Assembly: GCA_965226795.1 (NCBI GenBank)
Contig: CBDDDZ010000005.1
Location: 480,001 to 544,000 of the forward strand
Reading direction: 5' to 3'
Source: Candidatus Latescibacterota bacterium
GTDB taxonomy: Bacteria > Latescibacterota > UBA2968 > GCA-2709665
DNA length: 64,000 bases
The translations under genes and the position numbers were made by a program. Shown here piece after piece: positions 19,467-28,879 of this stretch; position 1 is the stretch's first letter, and each line of letters starts with the position of its first letter. The notes beneath the pieces were generated by a model. The model had not been told where the DNA came from and did not search any database. It saw nothing but the letters and a program-made list of their open reading frames with translations.

Positions 19467-21626
19467 TCACGAGGTGACATAAATGGGGCTAGTCCAGGCT
19501 TTGGCGCCGTCGGTCTGCGTCACCCGCACCCAGTAGGGATGGCAACCGCCTGGCAATTCAGACTCCCGGCAGGTGAAACTGGCCTCGTGTCCGGAGCCAT
19601 TGGGCGCCTGCTCGAAGACAACGGCGATGTCGATTCCGCCCGCGGGAACCCGGACAGGCCCACCGGCGATTTCTTGAAGCGTGACGGAACGGGACACGAT
19701 ATCCGTCCTGAAGTCGATGGTTGCCTGCGGTGGGGCGTCCAGGGTAAGTATGATGCCGTCGGCGTCGCCGGTCGTTACGGATTTCCAGGTTACGGAATGG
19801 TCTGAGACTGCCTGAATACCCTCGGAAGCCGAGTCGAAGGCATATCCCTCGGCCTCAAGTATGCGTCCGCGATCGAGACTAAGGCGGCCGTCCCAGCGCA
19901 CCAGGCGGTTGCGCGCACGGATGCGCTGGCCCGACCAGGCAATGCGAATTCTATCTCGCGCGCGGGGTATGGTCTTGGGAAAACTGTATACGAGCTTAAG
20001 GCCTCTGAATACTTCCACGCTTTCGATGGGCGCGGTTCCGATCACGTCAACGGCGATTTCAGGCGGATCCGACGTCTTCAGGTCCGAGCCCATCGGGTGG
20101 CCGTCGGCGTTGACGTTCACCAGGATTCGCTGGCCGGTGGTGCCGTAACAGCGCCGGGCTTTCAGGGCTTGCCACAGGCCACGCCGTGTGAGTTCGGTTG
20201 CGAAGACGCACGTGAGCCCCCCGTACACCCCGAAGGAGCCGCTGCCCGGGTACGCGGCGCCGGGTCTACCCTTGTGGTCGTCGCTTCCGGCGGTGAACCC
20301 CACCCGATAGTCGTTCTCGAGAGCCCACTTGAGGAACCATTCGAATTCGCCCCACTCGGAGTAGACTTCCACCAGGCGCTCGAATTCGGGGTCGTGCCAG
20401 TCCAGATTGGCGTAGCGCCCGCCCACGTGCGGCACAAGCAGGACGTCCCTGCCCTTCATCGCTTTGTAAAGGTCGGTTATGTGCAGGCAATCGGTGTGGG
20501 CGTCGGATTTGTCCGGAATCAGGACATGGCTGGATCGGTGCAGGGGTCCGGTTTCGCCCGGATAATATACGTTGTGATCGCCGCCGACGGGGGTGTTTCC
20601 GGACCATTCGTAGCCGACGAAGGCGACAAATTGTCCGGGGTCGTTCTGGATATTGGCCTGGTGTCTTATTTCCTCCCAGACGGCTTCGGTGATCTGAAAA
20701 TCGTTACCCTGATGCCCTGCAAAGTCGACAAAGGCGGATTCCCGGGCGAAACGAAAGTACGACGACACGGGGTTTGTCCCGACCGTCTCTTCGCTCTGTC
20801 CGTGCAGGTCGCCCCAGTACGGCCGGTACCCGCTCCCGGATTCGACGCACCGGAGCGGGTTGCTTTCGGCTTTCAGGCCCAGGGATTTATCCTGGGCCCG
20901 GATGCGAAAAACGCCGTTTCCTGGCGCGACCACGTTTTCAAACCGATGGGTTCCAAGGTCTTCGGGTCGAAAACGGAAAGTCTCCGGGAGCCCCTCCAGG
21001 CCGTCGGTATCCAGAGTGACTTCGCCATTGTAGTCCCGGCACGGATTTCCCCAGACGTCCTCGACCTTGATCCCCGCCCACTCGGATTCGCCGGGAACGG
21101 TTTCGGACGCGCATAGGGCCACGAGTTTGTGGGGAGCACCACTGACAATCGGCACTGCGGGTGAGGGCACTTCCACGTAGACCCAGGTGCCGCACCAGTC
21201 GACCGCCACGCGGAATTCAAACAGTTCCTTGCAGAACGTCTGCGCGCGGATGCCCGGAGACCCGCCGGAGGTATCTCCCAGGGTGAGGGTGACCGTGTCG
21301 CCTTCGCAAAGTGAGTCGTCGAAGACGTCGATGGTGACACATAATCGCCAGGGTCGCACGTAGCGCTGTTTTTCAAAGGCCGGGCGGAGCGACGAGGGTC
21401 CCGTGGTGGAAACGGAGGCGTACCCGGGCGCGGCCGGATCGGCGAACTGGGGCGCCTGCCAATCGCTCACGTCGCGCCACGCGATTTTTATTACGCCGCC
21501 GTCATCCACGCCGTATCTGCCGGCGTGATAGATGATTCGCCAGGTTCCTGTGGCACCGGCAGTTACCGGCCCGGCCGGGTCGATTTCCGCCCACCCATAA
21601 TGCTCGCGAATTTCCGCTTCTCCCAT
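19467..21626 (-). CDS. DUF3604-like PHP-fold protein
   Basis: YWGDLHGQSEETVG, GYEWSG, GSDDHKGRPG, RRCYGTTG, AWTSPIY. Confidence 0.8.
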   Translation of the reverse strand: MGEAEIREHYGWAEIDPAGPVTAGATGTWRIIYHAGRYGVDDGGVIKIAWRDVSDWQAPQFADPAAPGYASVSTTGPSSLRPAFEKQRYVRPWRLCVTIDVFDDSLCEGDTVTLTLGDTSGGSPGIRAQTFCKELFEFRVAVDWCGTWVYVEVPSPAVPIVSGAPHKLVALCASETVPGESEWAGIKVEDVWGNPCRDYNGEVTLDTDGLEGLPETFRFRPEDLGTHRFENVVAPGNGVFRIRAQDKSLGLKAESNPLRCVESGSGYRPYWGDLHGQSEETVGTNPVSSYFRFARESAFVDFAGHQGNDFQITEAVWEEIRHQANIQNDPGQFVAFVGYEWSGNTPVGGDHNVYYPGETGPLHRSSHVLIPDKSDAHTDCLHITDLYKAMKGRDVLLVPHVGGRYANLDWHDPEFERLVEVYSEWGEFEWFLKWALENDYRVGFTAGSDDHKGRPGAAYPGSGSFGVYGGLTCVFATELTRRGLWQALKARRCYGTTGQRILVNVNADGHPMGSDLKTSDPPEIAVDVIGTAPIESVEVFRGLKLVYSFPKTIPRARDRIRIAWSGQRIRARNRLVRWDGRLSLDRGRILEAEGYAFDSASEGIQAVSDHSVTWKSVTTGDADGIILTLDAPPQATIDFRTDIVSRSVTLQEIAGGPVRVPAGGIDIAVVFEQAPNGSGHEASFTCRESELPGGCHPYWVRVTQTDGAKAWTSPIYVTS

Positions 21627-21917
21627 TTCAGGGTCCGTTCGATTCTGGTACGCTTTACTATTGGCAGATCCGGCCGTGGAACGGGAACGCCCTCTTGTCG
21701 ATCGGTTTCCGGCGAACCCCCGGCGGGTCAGGGCGCCTAAAGATATGGTTTATCGGAAGCGTGACAAGAGAAATCAGGGCCGGGATCGGCGCGCCCTTTA
21801 CACTTGACGGGTGCCGGGTTTCACGTTAACTTTTCGGCGGATTCCGTCGTTCAACGCACCCTACCCTCCGCCGGTTTTCAGCCTCGGTCGAAGTGGCGCG
21901 CCCGCGGTTATACCCCA

Positions 21918-22202
21918 ATGGCCGACAACCTCCCCGTAGTCAGGCTTTATTCCAGAAACGACTGCCACTTGTGCGACGTTGCGAAAGGGCGCATCGAGTC
22001 GGCGGGGCGGCGTGTCGCGTTTCGTTTCGAGATCGTAGACATCGACGGTGATCCGAAACGATATGCGCCATACAACGAGCGGATCCCGGTGGTGCACGTT
22101 AACGGCGAAGAAATATTCGCTTTCCGTGTGAACGAGAGGATCCTGGTGCGAAAGTTGAAATCGCTGTCGGCCCGGCCAAGGAGACGGTATGGGTGGGGAT
22201 GA
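21918..22202 (+). CDS. Glutaredoxin-like protein (DUF836)
   Basis: LYSRNDCHLCD, YNERIPVV. Confidence 0.85.
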   Translation: MADNLPVVRLYSRNDCHLCDVAKGRIESAGRRVAFRFEIVDIDGDPKRYAPYNERIPVVHVNGEEIFAFRVNERILVRKLKSLSARPRRRYGWG

Positions 22203-23523
22203 CCTGTTCGCCGCGCTGGAACCGGAGGCGCCGCTTGCGGACCGGATGAGACCACGCTGCCTGGATGAGGTGCGTGGGCAGGATCACCTCACGGCGCCGG
22301 ACGCTCCGTTTCGCAAGTTGATCGAAGGCGACCGGGCGCCTTCGATGATCTTCTGGGGACCGCCCGGATCGGGCAAGACCACGCTGGCGCGGCTCGTGGC
22401 CGGGTCAACGAAGAGCCGGTTTGTAGCGTTCAGCGCAGTCACCACCGGGGTGAAGGAGGTGAGGGAGATTGTCGCGCGCGCAAAAGGGGAACGTCAACTC
22501 GGGAGGCGGACCACCCTGTTCATTGATGAGATTCACCGTTTCAACCGGGCGCAACAGGACGCGTTCTTGCCGCATGTCGAAGACGGCACTATTAATCTGA
22601 TAGGGGCGACGACCGAAAATCCTTCGTTTGAGGTAAACGCGGCGTTGCTTTCGCGGATGCAGGTGTTCGTGTTGAATCTGCTGGACGTCCCGGCAATATG
22701 CGAAATCCTGAATGCCGCGCTTGCCAGCGAAGGGCGCGGGCTGCCGGACGTTACCGCCGACCCTGATGCTCTTGAGACGATTGCCGCCGCGGCGGAGGGA
22801 GACGCCCGCCGTGCGCTGAATGTCCTGGAAATGGCCTCGGCATCCGTGGGGGCGGGTGACCGGTTGACAGCGGAGTCTGTCAAGGCGGCTATGGGAAGCA
22901 AGGCGTTTCTGTACGACAAGAGCGGCGAGGAACACTATAATCTGATTTCGGCGCTTCACAAGAGCCTGAGGGACAGCGATCCGCATGCGTCGCTATACTG
23001 GCTGGTGCGTATGATGGAATCGGGCGAACACCCGCACTATATCCTGCGACGGATGGTCCGATTCGCGTCGGAGGATATCGGAAACGCGGACCCCCGGGCG
23101 CTTTCCATTGCGCTGGCCGCAAGGGACGCGTACGATTTTCTGGGAAGCCCCGAAGGCGATCTGGCCATTGCGCACGCGGCCGTATACCTGGCCACTGCAG
23201 CCAAGAGCAATTCGGTTTACGTGGCCTACGGTGAAGCGCGGAAGGATGTCATCGAACAGCCGAATCTGCCCGTTCCGATGCACCTCAGAAATGCACCGAC
23301 GAACCTGATGCAGGAATTGGGATACGGGCGGGGTTACCAGTACGCGCATGACGATCCCGACGGGTACGTGGCGCAGAGCCATTTGCCGGAAAACCTGGAG
23401 GGCCGGGCCTATTATCGTCCCTCCGATCGGGGATACGAGCAGCGCGTCCGGGAACTGATGGACTGGTGGGAAGCGCTGAGAAGGCGAAAGTCGCAATTGC
23501 AAAGAACATCGGCCGACGATTAG
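22189..23523 (+). CDS. rarA: Replication-associated recombination protein A
   Basis: PLADRMRP, WGPPGSGKTT, DEIHRFN, ATTENPSF, SEDIGNADP, KSNS. Confidence 0.95.
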   Translation: MGGDDLFAALEPEAPLADRMRPRCLDEVRGQDHLTAPDAPFRKLIEGDRAPSMIFWGPPGSGKTTLARLVAGSTKSRFVAFSAVTTGVKEVREIVARAKGERQLGRRTTLFIDEIHRFNRAQQDAFLPHVEDGTINLIGATTENPSFEVNAALLSRMQVFVLNLLDVPAICEILNAALASEGRGLPDVTADPDALETIAAAAEGDARRALNVLEMASASVGAGDRLTAESVKAAMGSKAFLYDKSGEEHYNLISALHKSLRDSDPHASLYWLVRMMESGEHPHYILRRMVRFASEDIGNADPRALSIALAARDAYDFLGSPEGDLAIAHAAVYLATAAKSNSVYVAYGEARKDVIEQPNLPVPMHLRNAPTNLMQELGYGRGYQYAHDDPDGYVAQSHLPENLEGRAYYRPSDRGYEQRVRELMDWWEALRRRKSQLQRTSADD

Positions 23524-23656
23524 CGTCGAAAAGTGCATCCGCATTTGTGTTGAATGTGGAAGAGCCCTGTACTTTGTATCGATTTCGCGCGAAAGCGTAT
23601 GAAACTTCCTCTTTGTTGACCATTTCTCAGGAAAACACCGATAAGGGAGGCGAATA

Positions 23657-23710
23657 ATGAGGCTGACCGAAAACGACCACGTAACCTATCCGCCTCCTGA
23701 GCGTTTCTGA
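23657..23710 (+). CDS. Putative 17-aa leader peptide MRLTENDHVTYPPPERF
   Basis: SD GGGAGG 6 nt upstream of ATG; contains Pro-Pro-Pro; lies just before a terminator hairpin. Confidence 0.45.
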   Translation: MRLTENDHVTYPPPERF

Positions 23711-23753
23711 CGGATTCACAGCCGTTATTTCAGCAACTCGATTGCCCTCCGGA

Positions 23754-23787
23754 GCCGCGGGTAGGCTTTGTTCCCGCGGTTTTTTTT
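23754..23787 (+). terminator. Intrinsic terminator / possible attenuator
   Basis: GCCGCGGG-loop-CCCGCGG followed by T8. Confidence 0.75.
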
Positions 23788-23823
23788 GTGCCCGAAGGCG
23801 TGGCTCATCGTTACACGGAGGAG

Positions 23824-24228
23824 ATGATCGAGTTTATGTACAATTCCGATTTCTGGGAAGTTCGGCTGAATCAATGCGAACTGGAGAAGATCTCTGACGA
23901 GGACGGTCTCTGGTTTGAGTCCGGCAATGATCGACGCCTGCGGTACGTGTGGGAGGACCGGACTTCGGACCTGGCATTCCGGATTCTCGAGGGGGTGCCG
24001 CGTTGCCTCACCAGGAAACAGAGAGAAGCGATGCTGCTGTATTTCCGCCACGGAAAGACGCAACGGGAAATCGCCGAGATTATGGGGATCTCCCGCCGCG
24101 TGGTCAGCCAGCATCTGTTCGGTATTACGCGCGGTGGTCGGCAGGTGGGCGGCGCGATACGCAAATTGAGGAAATACTGTAAAGACGAGGGTTTGGGTCT
24201 TGACGTGCGGGAATCGGCGTCGACATGA
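23824..24228 (+). CDS. Sigma70 region-4 HTH domain protein (no region 2)
   Basis: LTRKQREAMLLYFRHGKTQREIAEIMGISRRVVSQHL; SD GGAGGAG. Confidence 0.8.
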   Translation: MIEFMYNSDFWEVRLNQCELEKISDEDGLWFESGNDRRLRYVWEDRTSDLAFRILEGVPRCLTRKQREAMLLYFRHGKTQREIAEIMGISRRVVSQHLFGITRGGRQVGGAIRKLRKYCKDEGLGLDVRESAST

Positions 24229-24243
24229 ACGTCGTCCGCGTTT

Positions 24244-25446
24244 TCAGACCGCCCAATGATTCATCTTCTCTTCATCCAATTCAACACCGAGACCGGGTCC
24301 TTCAAAGGGTTCGAGCGCACCGTTCCGGTACCTGAACGGTGTCTTGCAGACATCGTCCACCAGAAGCCCCGGGCCAACCAGGTCGGAGGGGACGGTGACG
24401 TTCCGTGACGCCACGGCGAGGTGGACAAAGGCGGCGGTGCCCGGGCCCATCTCCACGGTGCTGCCCAATAGCACGGGGATTCCGGCAGTTTGCGCGATAT
24501 GGATCAGGCGTTGACTGCGCAGGATGCCGCCGGCCTGGGAGGGGATGACGTTGAAGACATCGACAGCCCGATGGCGTACGAGAGCCGTTGAGAAGCCATC
24601 GTTGAGATCGGCCACGTGTTCGATAATCCGGATGGGAGTCTGTTTCCGAACGCGGGCGAGCGAGCAGGCCGCTTCATCGGCATTTTCGTTGATCCGTTCG
24701 GGATTATCGTTGGCAACGGCGCGGTTTACGGCGACCACCGGCGTCTCGCATGCGTCGACGCCTGCGGCGGCCATGTCCCGGATTTTTTCAATGGCCTCGC
24801 CCTCCTCCCACGCGCCGCTGGCGTCGACTCTGAGATGGACCTCGGGTCCAGCCACCTGGCGGATTCGCGCGATGCGGTCCAGATCGCGTGAATGATCCTC
24901 TCCGACCTTGAGCTTGAAGGCCCGAAGTCCCTGGGAGACCTTGGTGCTGATTTCATCTTCAAGCGCGTTGAGTTCTTCGTCCAGCGAGACGCCTCGTCGC
25001 ATATAGGCCACCCAGCAGACGTCAACACGATCGTGACGGCGCCCGCCCAGGAGTTCGTAAAGGGGGGCGCCGTAGTATTTTCCGGCAAGGTCCAGAAGAG
25101 CGATCTCTACGCCGAACAGGGTGAGACCCCGGAGTTCCGGGTGAATGCCGGCCGGCAGTTCCGCGGCGACGCGGGCGAGAAGGCGGTTTCGATCGGCGAC
25201 GTCACCGTCCTTCAATACACGCAAAAGGAGATCGCGCAGGTCGTCGGCCCGGAGGGGAAGCATCCTCTCGGCGATGTCCGCGACTTCACCCAGCCCGACG
25301 TGGTTCGTGTCCGTGAAGAATTCGAGGATCTGATATCTGGAACAGCTGAGGTCGTCGTCCGGCTGGAGGCCCTGCGGATCCGCGGTATAGGTTGTGTAGA
25401 TGCGCGGGATCGAGACTTCACGTACCTGGATTTCGGTGATCTTCAT
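24244..25446 (-). CDS. Mandelate racemase/muconate lactonizing enzyme superfamily protein
   Basis: EIALLDLAGK, YELLGG, FKLKVG, RVDAS, GPGLGVELD. Confidence 0.88.
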   Translation of the reverse strand: MKITEIQVREVSIPRIYTTYTADPQGLQPDDDLSCSRYQILEFFTDTNHVGLGEVADIAERMLPLRADDLRDLLLRVLKDGDVADRNRLLARVAAELPAGIHPELRGLTLFGVEIALLDLAGKYYGAPLYELLGGRRHDRVDVCWVAYMRRGVSLDEELNALEDEISTKVSQGLRAFKLKVGEDHSRDLDRIARIRQVAGPEVHLRVDASGAWEEGEAIEKIRDMAAAGVDACETPVVAVNRAVANDNPERINENADEAACSLARVRKQTPIRIIEHVADLNDGFSTALVRHRAVDVFNVIPSQAGGILRSQRLIHIAQTAGIPVLLGSTVEMGPGTAAFVHLAVASRNVTVPSDLVGPGLLVDDVCKTPFRYRNGALEPFEGPGLGVELDEEKMNHWAV

Positions 25447-25464
25447 GGGTATCGTCCTTCTGTT

Positions 25465-25803
25465 TCAGACGGAACCGGTTCCGGCGAGCTGGTTTCGTGT
25501 ATATGACACGAGCGCGGCCGTCAGGATGCTGGCGATGAGCAATAATCCTGCCGGCATCAGCTTGCGGGTCCTGATGAATCGGCTCAGGGAAATCCCGGTA
25601 AGGAGCAAAGATAGCATCAGGCCGATGAGCAATCCCGTTGCTGGATCGGTCCGCCCGGTCCAATAGGCGTAGAGCGCGACCAGGCCGCTGATACCGCCCG
25701 CGTAAAGCGAGACTGAGCTATCCGACTTGAGCTTGCCCATGATACCGCCCGTGATCAGCAGGAGGCCGTACAGCGCCAGGACGGTTTGTGCGAGTTGGAG
25801 CAT
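25465..25803 (-). CDS. TMEM14-family membrane protein
   Basis: LYGLLLITGGIMG-x4-S-x2-SLYAG, RFIRTRKLMPAG. Confidence 0.85.
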   Translation of the reverse strand: MLQLAQTVLALYGLLLITGGIMGKLKSDSSVSLYAGGISGLVALYAYWTGRTDPATGLLIGLMLSLLLTGISLSRFIRTRKLMPAGLLLIASILTAALVSYTRNQLAGTGSV

Positions 25804-25831
25804 GGTCTTCCTCCGATTGCGGTTTGCGATT

Positions 25832-25948
25832 CGTGTTCCTTCGCGGAAAAGGATTGCCGAGATTCGGCCGACGAGTCGCCCGGGTCGCAAGGCGCATGAG
25901 CGAGGCGACCTGTGGAAGGTCGGCCCAACGCGGCGCGACGGGATACTC
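25832..25948. mobile_element. MITE family S, copy 3 (inverted, degenerate)
   Basis: GATTGCCGAGATTCGGCCGACGAGTCGCCCGG and GAGCGAGGCGACCTG match the reverse complement of 60913-61097. Confidence 0.65.
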
Positions 25949-26953
25949 CTAGGCCGTGCGGTACTTGTCTACCGTGGCCAGATCCAGCTTAACGCCGATG
26001 CCGGGCGTTTCGGGTAGAATGAAGTGCCCGTCCTCTACGACGAGGGCACCGTTCACAACGTCGGCCACGCGGGTGAATGGCAGTTCGTCGCAGGGGAGGG
26101 TGGCATTGGGAATGGTTGCCTGGACGTGCACCGAATAAGCGGCGAGGACGCCGAGGCACAGGCCCCCCATCTGCACCCAGCAGGGGACGTCGTCGGCCTC
26201 TGCGAGGACGGCGGCTTTCTTCACCTGCTGGGCCGGTCCCCCGAGGTTGACGTAGTCGATGCATTCGGCCTTCAACGCGTTGAGCACGTCCCTCGGCGCG
26301 CCGAGGTGCAACGCGATGGGAATATGGGTTTTTTGGCGCAGGAGGCGGTACCAGTCCAGATTGTTTTTGAGTACGGGATCTTCGAAGTTGGCGACCGTTC
26401 CAAAGGGTTCCAGTTCGCCAGCGAGACGGGCGGCGACGCCGGGGCGCTGGAACGCGGTATTGGGATCTACGCCGACGGTGTATTCGGACCCCGCGGCTTC
26501 CTTAATGAGCCGGACGGTTTCCACGATGTTCCAGGGGCGCGCCTTGAGTTTGTGGTTGGTGAAGCCCATTCTTGCACCGACCTCGGCTTCGGCCGCCGTC
26601 TCCTCGGGTTGCATGGCGCAGGACCAGTAGGAGACGGGGATGCGGTCGCGGACTTTCTCTCCGAAAAAGCGGTAGAGAGGAATACCGTAGGCCTGTCCGG
26701 CGATGTCCAGGAGCGCACAGGCGAAGGGGTCGGGCTGTGCAAACGGATCCAGGGAGAGAGGGTCCTGCCCGGTGAGCGCGGCGGCTCTTTCCGCGAATAG
26801 GGCTGGCTCGCCCTGGCATTCGCCGATGCCCTCGATGCCGCCGTCGGTATGGATACGACAAAGTGTGATTGAATAGATTTTGGGATGGTATCTGGCAATG
26901 GGCGGAATGGGCGGGATCTCGACTTCGAAGAGGTCGATGTCGGTAATTTTCAC
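25949..26953 (-). CDS. Enolase-superfamily (MR/MLE-like) protein
   Basis: ALLDIAG, HKLKAR, VDPN, FEDP, PGIGVKLD. Confidence 0.85.
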   Translation of the reverse strand: MKITDIDLFEVEIPPIPPIARYHPKIYSITLCRIHTDGGIEGIGECQGEPALFAERAAALTGQDPLSLDPFAQPDPFACALLDIAGQAYGIPLYRFFGEKVRDRIPVSYWSCAMQPEETAAEAEVGARMGFTNHKLKARPWNIVETVRLIKEAAGSEYTVGVDPNTAFQRPGVAARLAGELEPFGTVANFEDPVLKNNLDWYRLLRQKTHIPIALHLGAPRDVLNALKAECIDYVNLGGPAQQVKKAAVLAEADDVPCWVQMGGLCLGVLAAYSVHVQATIPNATLPCDELPFTRVADVVNGALVVEDGHFILPETPGIGVKLDLATVDKYRTA

Positions 26954-27060
26954 GGTGGGGCCTCCTTTGAACCGTTCCGGCCCCTTTTCACCGCACGGAA
27001 AGGAGCCTGCTGATGGTTCCGGGTTTACAATCGGCCGTTAACGTACCTGTGATGACGGCC

Positions 27061-27110
27061 GGTGTTCTGTCCCGGAATTCGGCCGACGAGCGATGGCAAC
27101 GCAAGCAACG
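27061..27110. mobile_element. MITE family S, copy 4 (internally deleted fragment)
   Basis: GGTGTTCTGTCCCGGAA end followed by TTCGGCCGACGAGCGATGGCAACGC. Confidence 0.55.
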
Positions 27111-27129
27111 AAAACCATTTAACCTGAAC

Positions 27130-27318
27130 CTTGAGCCACTCCCTGAGCCTGCGGTCCCTGAGCTTGTCGAAGGGTCGGCGAAGGGCAGTGAAGAGCGCCA
27201 GACGGCGGAACCTGAGCCTGTCAAAGGGTAGCGAAACGCGGGCATTTCGACAGGCTCGTTTCGACTGGCTCAACGCACGCAATGACCACGCTTCGACAAT
27301 TTCGTCTCGACAGGCTCC
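27130..27318. repeat. Cluster of CCTGAGCYTGTCGAAGG-type REP-like repeats in both orientations
   Basis: CCCTGAGCTTGTCGAAGGG, CCTGAGCCTGTCAAAGGG and inverted TTCGACAGGCTC / TTCGACTGGCTCA copies. Confidence 0.7.
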
Positions 27319-28817
27319 TATGTTCGAGCTCGCAGGCACTGCTTGACGGCCGCGAGGCAGACTTCGACGACCGTGTCCGTGTTCATGACGAGGGCATGCA
27401 CGTCGTCGCGATTACCGGACATTTCGATGAGGAAGGCGGCGGGCGTGCCGCGTTCGGCCGCATAGGAGATGCAATAGGGTTCGGGCGGACGGAAATCGGT
27501 GATGCGATCCATGTTGACCTGCTGGTACGCGCCGGCGTACGGCTTCTGAGTCAGGTAACGGTTTTTCAGGCGATCTCGGATGTCCGCGTGAATGGCTGCA
27601 AGCAGCTCCCCGTCTCCCTTGTGGGGCAGCATCATAATGTAGTCGGCCGTATGGAAGTCGATCACGCAGAGCGGCCGGCATCGGTCGATGAGGCGCTGGA
27701 TGATCCGGGTCTCCCGCTCGGAGGCGGGTTCCGTACCCATGTAATTGTAATCCCAGGGCGTCCGCACGTCCTGCGCATAGTGGAAGGCGTCCCAGTTGCA
27801 GTCGAAATTGCGGTTCAGGTCGACACCCCGGGAGTTCTGGCGGGTGAAGCGATCGAATCCGCCCGGGTTCTGCACCGGCAGCATCTTGAAATGCAATTCG
27901 TTGGTTTTCAACCCTTCCACGTTCGGATTCTCACACAGAACTTCCGCAAGGCGCAGGAGGCCGTAGGAGTTCTCCCATTCCCAGCCGTGTATGGCGGCGC
28001 CGAAGTACATTGTGGGGTTGGATTCATCGCCGACGTTCAGGGAATAGATCGGTCTGCCGTCGCTGGAGCGACCTTCATCCTCCAGGTGGAGGTCAGGGTA
28101 CCGTTCCACGGTGTCGAACATCAGGTCGACAAATCCATCGTAGGAAAGGCGTTCCGGATAGTGTCTGCCGTAACGAACGGCGTTGTTGACGACGTTGCCC
28201 AGGAATAGATACTTGTTCGTGCTCCCCCAGGAATTGTACCATGGGCGCACCGGCGACGCGAGGTCCATGGCCACAATGCGGCCGTCGCCAACTCTTTCTT
28301 CCAGCATGACGGCGCCGCTGTTCAGGTTGGATATGCCCAGAACGGCGACGTCCGGGGAGGTTTCCATGCCCAGGATCTGACGCTGGAACATCTGGTTGGC
28401 ATAGCTCTGATCCGGGGCGCTGGTGACGGTTCCGTACCACCAGACGGTATCGCCAACGGAATAGCCCCGGGTCGCGTCGCTTTCAACTTCGATTCGCATC
28501 CCGGGACGGATGCGGTCGTGTACGTGGGTTTTGCTGAAATGCAGGCCGCGGCTGCGCGCATACTCGAAGAGGCAGGAGATGACCTGCCCCCCGGATTCCG
28601 CGAATGCGGTGACGGCGTTGTAGTCCAGCATCCGCAGGTTGCGTCCGTCATTCACCACGGTGATTACGAATTCATGCTGACCGAGAACGCCTGCGTCGTG
28701 ACCGTCATTCACGAAGTCCAGGCGTTTGACCCTGTCCGGATAAAGAATGTCCAGATCGGCCCCTATGGTGCCGCCCGGGCCGTCCGTGAGCAGGAGGATG
28801 TTCTGATCAGATTGCAT
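27318..28817 (-). CDS. M14 zinc carboxypeptidase-family protein with N-terminal extension
   Basis: AIHGWE (HxxE), NSRGVDLNRNF, IDFHT. Confidence 0.85.
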   Translation of the reverse strand: MQSDQNILLLTDGPGGTIGADLDILYPDRVKRLDFVNDGHDAGVLGQHEFVITVVNDGRNLRMLDYNAVTAFAESGGQVISCLFEYARSRGLHFSKTHVHDRIRPGMRIEVESDATRGYSVGDTVWWYGTVTSAPDQSYANQMFQRQILGMETSPDVAVLGISNLNSGAVMLEERVGDGRIVAMDLASPVRPWYNSWGSTNKYLFLGNVVNNAVRYGRHYPERLSYDGFVDLMFDTVERYPDLHLEDEGRSSDGRPIYSLNVGDESNPTMYFGAAIHGWEWENSYGLLRLAEVLCENPNVEGLKTNELHFKMLPVQNPGGFDRFTRQNSRGVDLNRNFDCNWDAFHYAQDVRTPWDYNYMGTEPASERETRIIQRLIDRCRPLCVIDFHTADYIMMLPHKGDGELLAAIHADIRDRLKNRYLTQKPYAGAYQQVNMDRITDFRPPEPYCISYAAERGTPAAFLIEMSGNRDDVHALVMNTDTVVEVCLAAVKQCLRART

Positions 28818-28879
28818 GGTGACGTTGGGTCCCTGCCGCCTTCACGTCCGCGCCGCTTGGACCTTCGACGACCAAGCGG

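Noticed and set aside
27130..27318. CRISPR array
   Set aside because: Repeats are short, degenerate, nested and in both orientations, without regular spacers; no cas genes.
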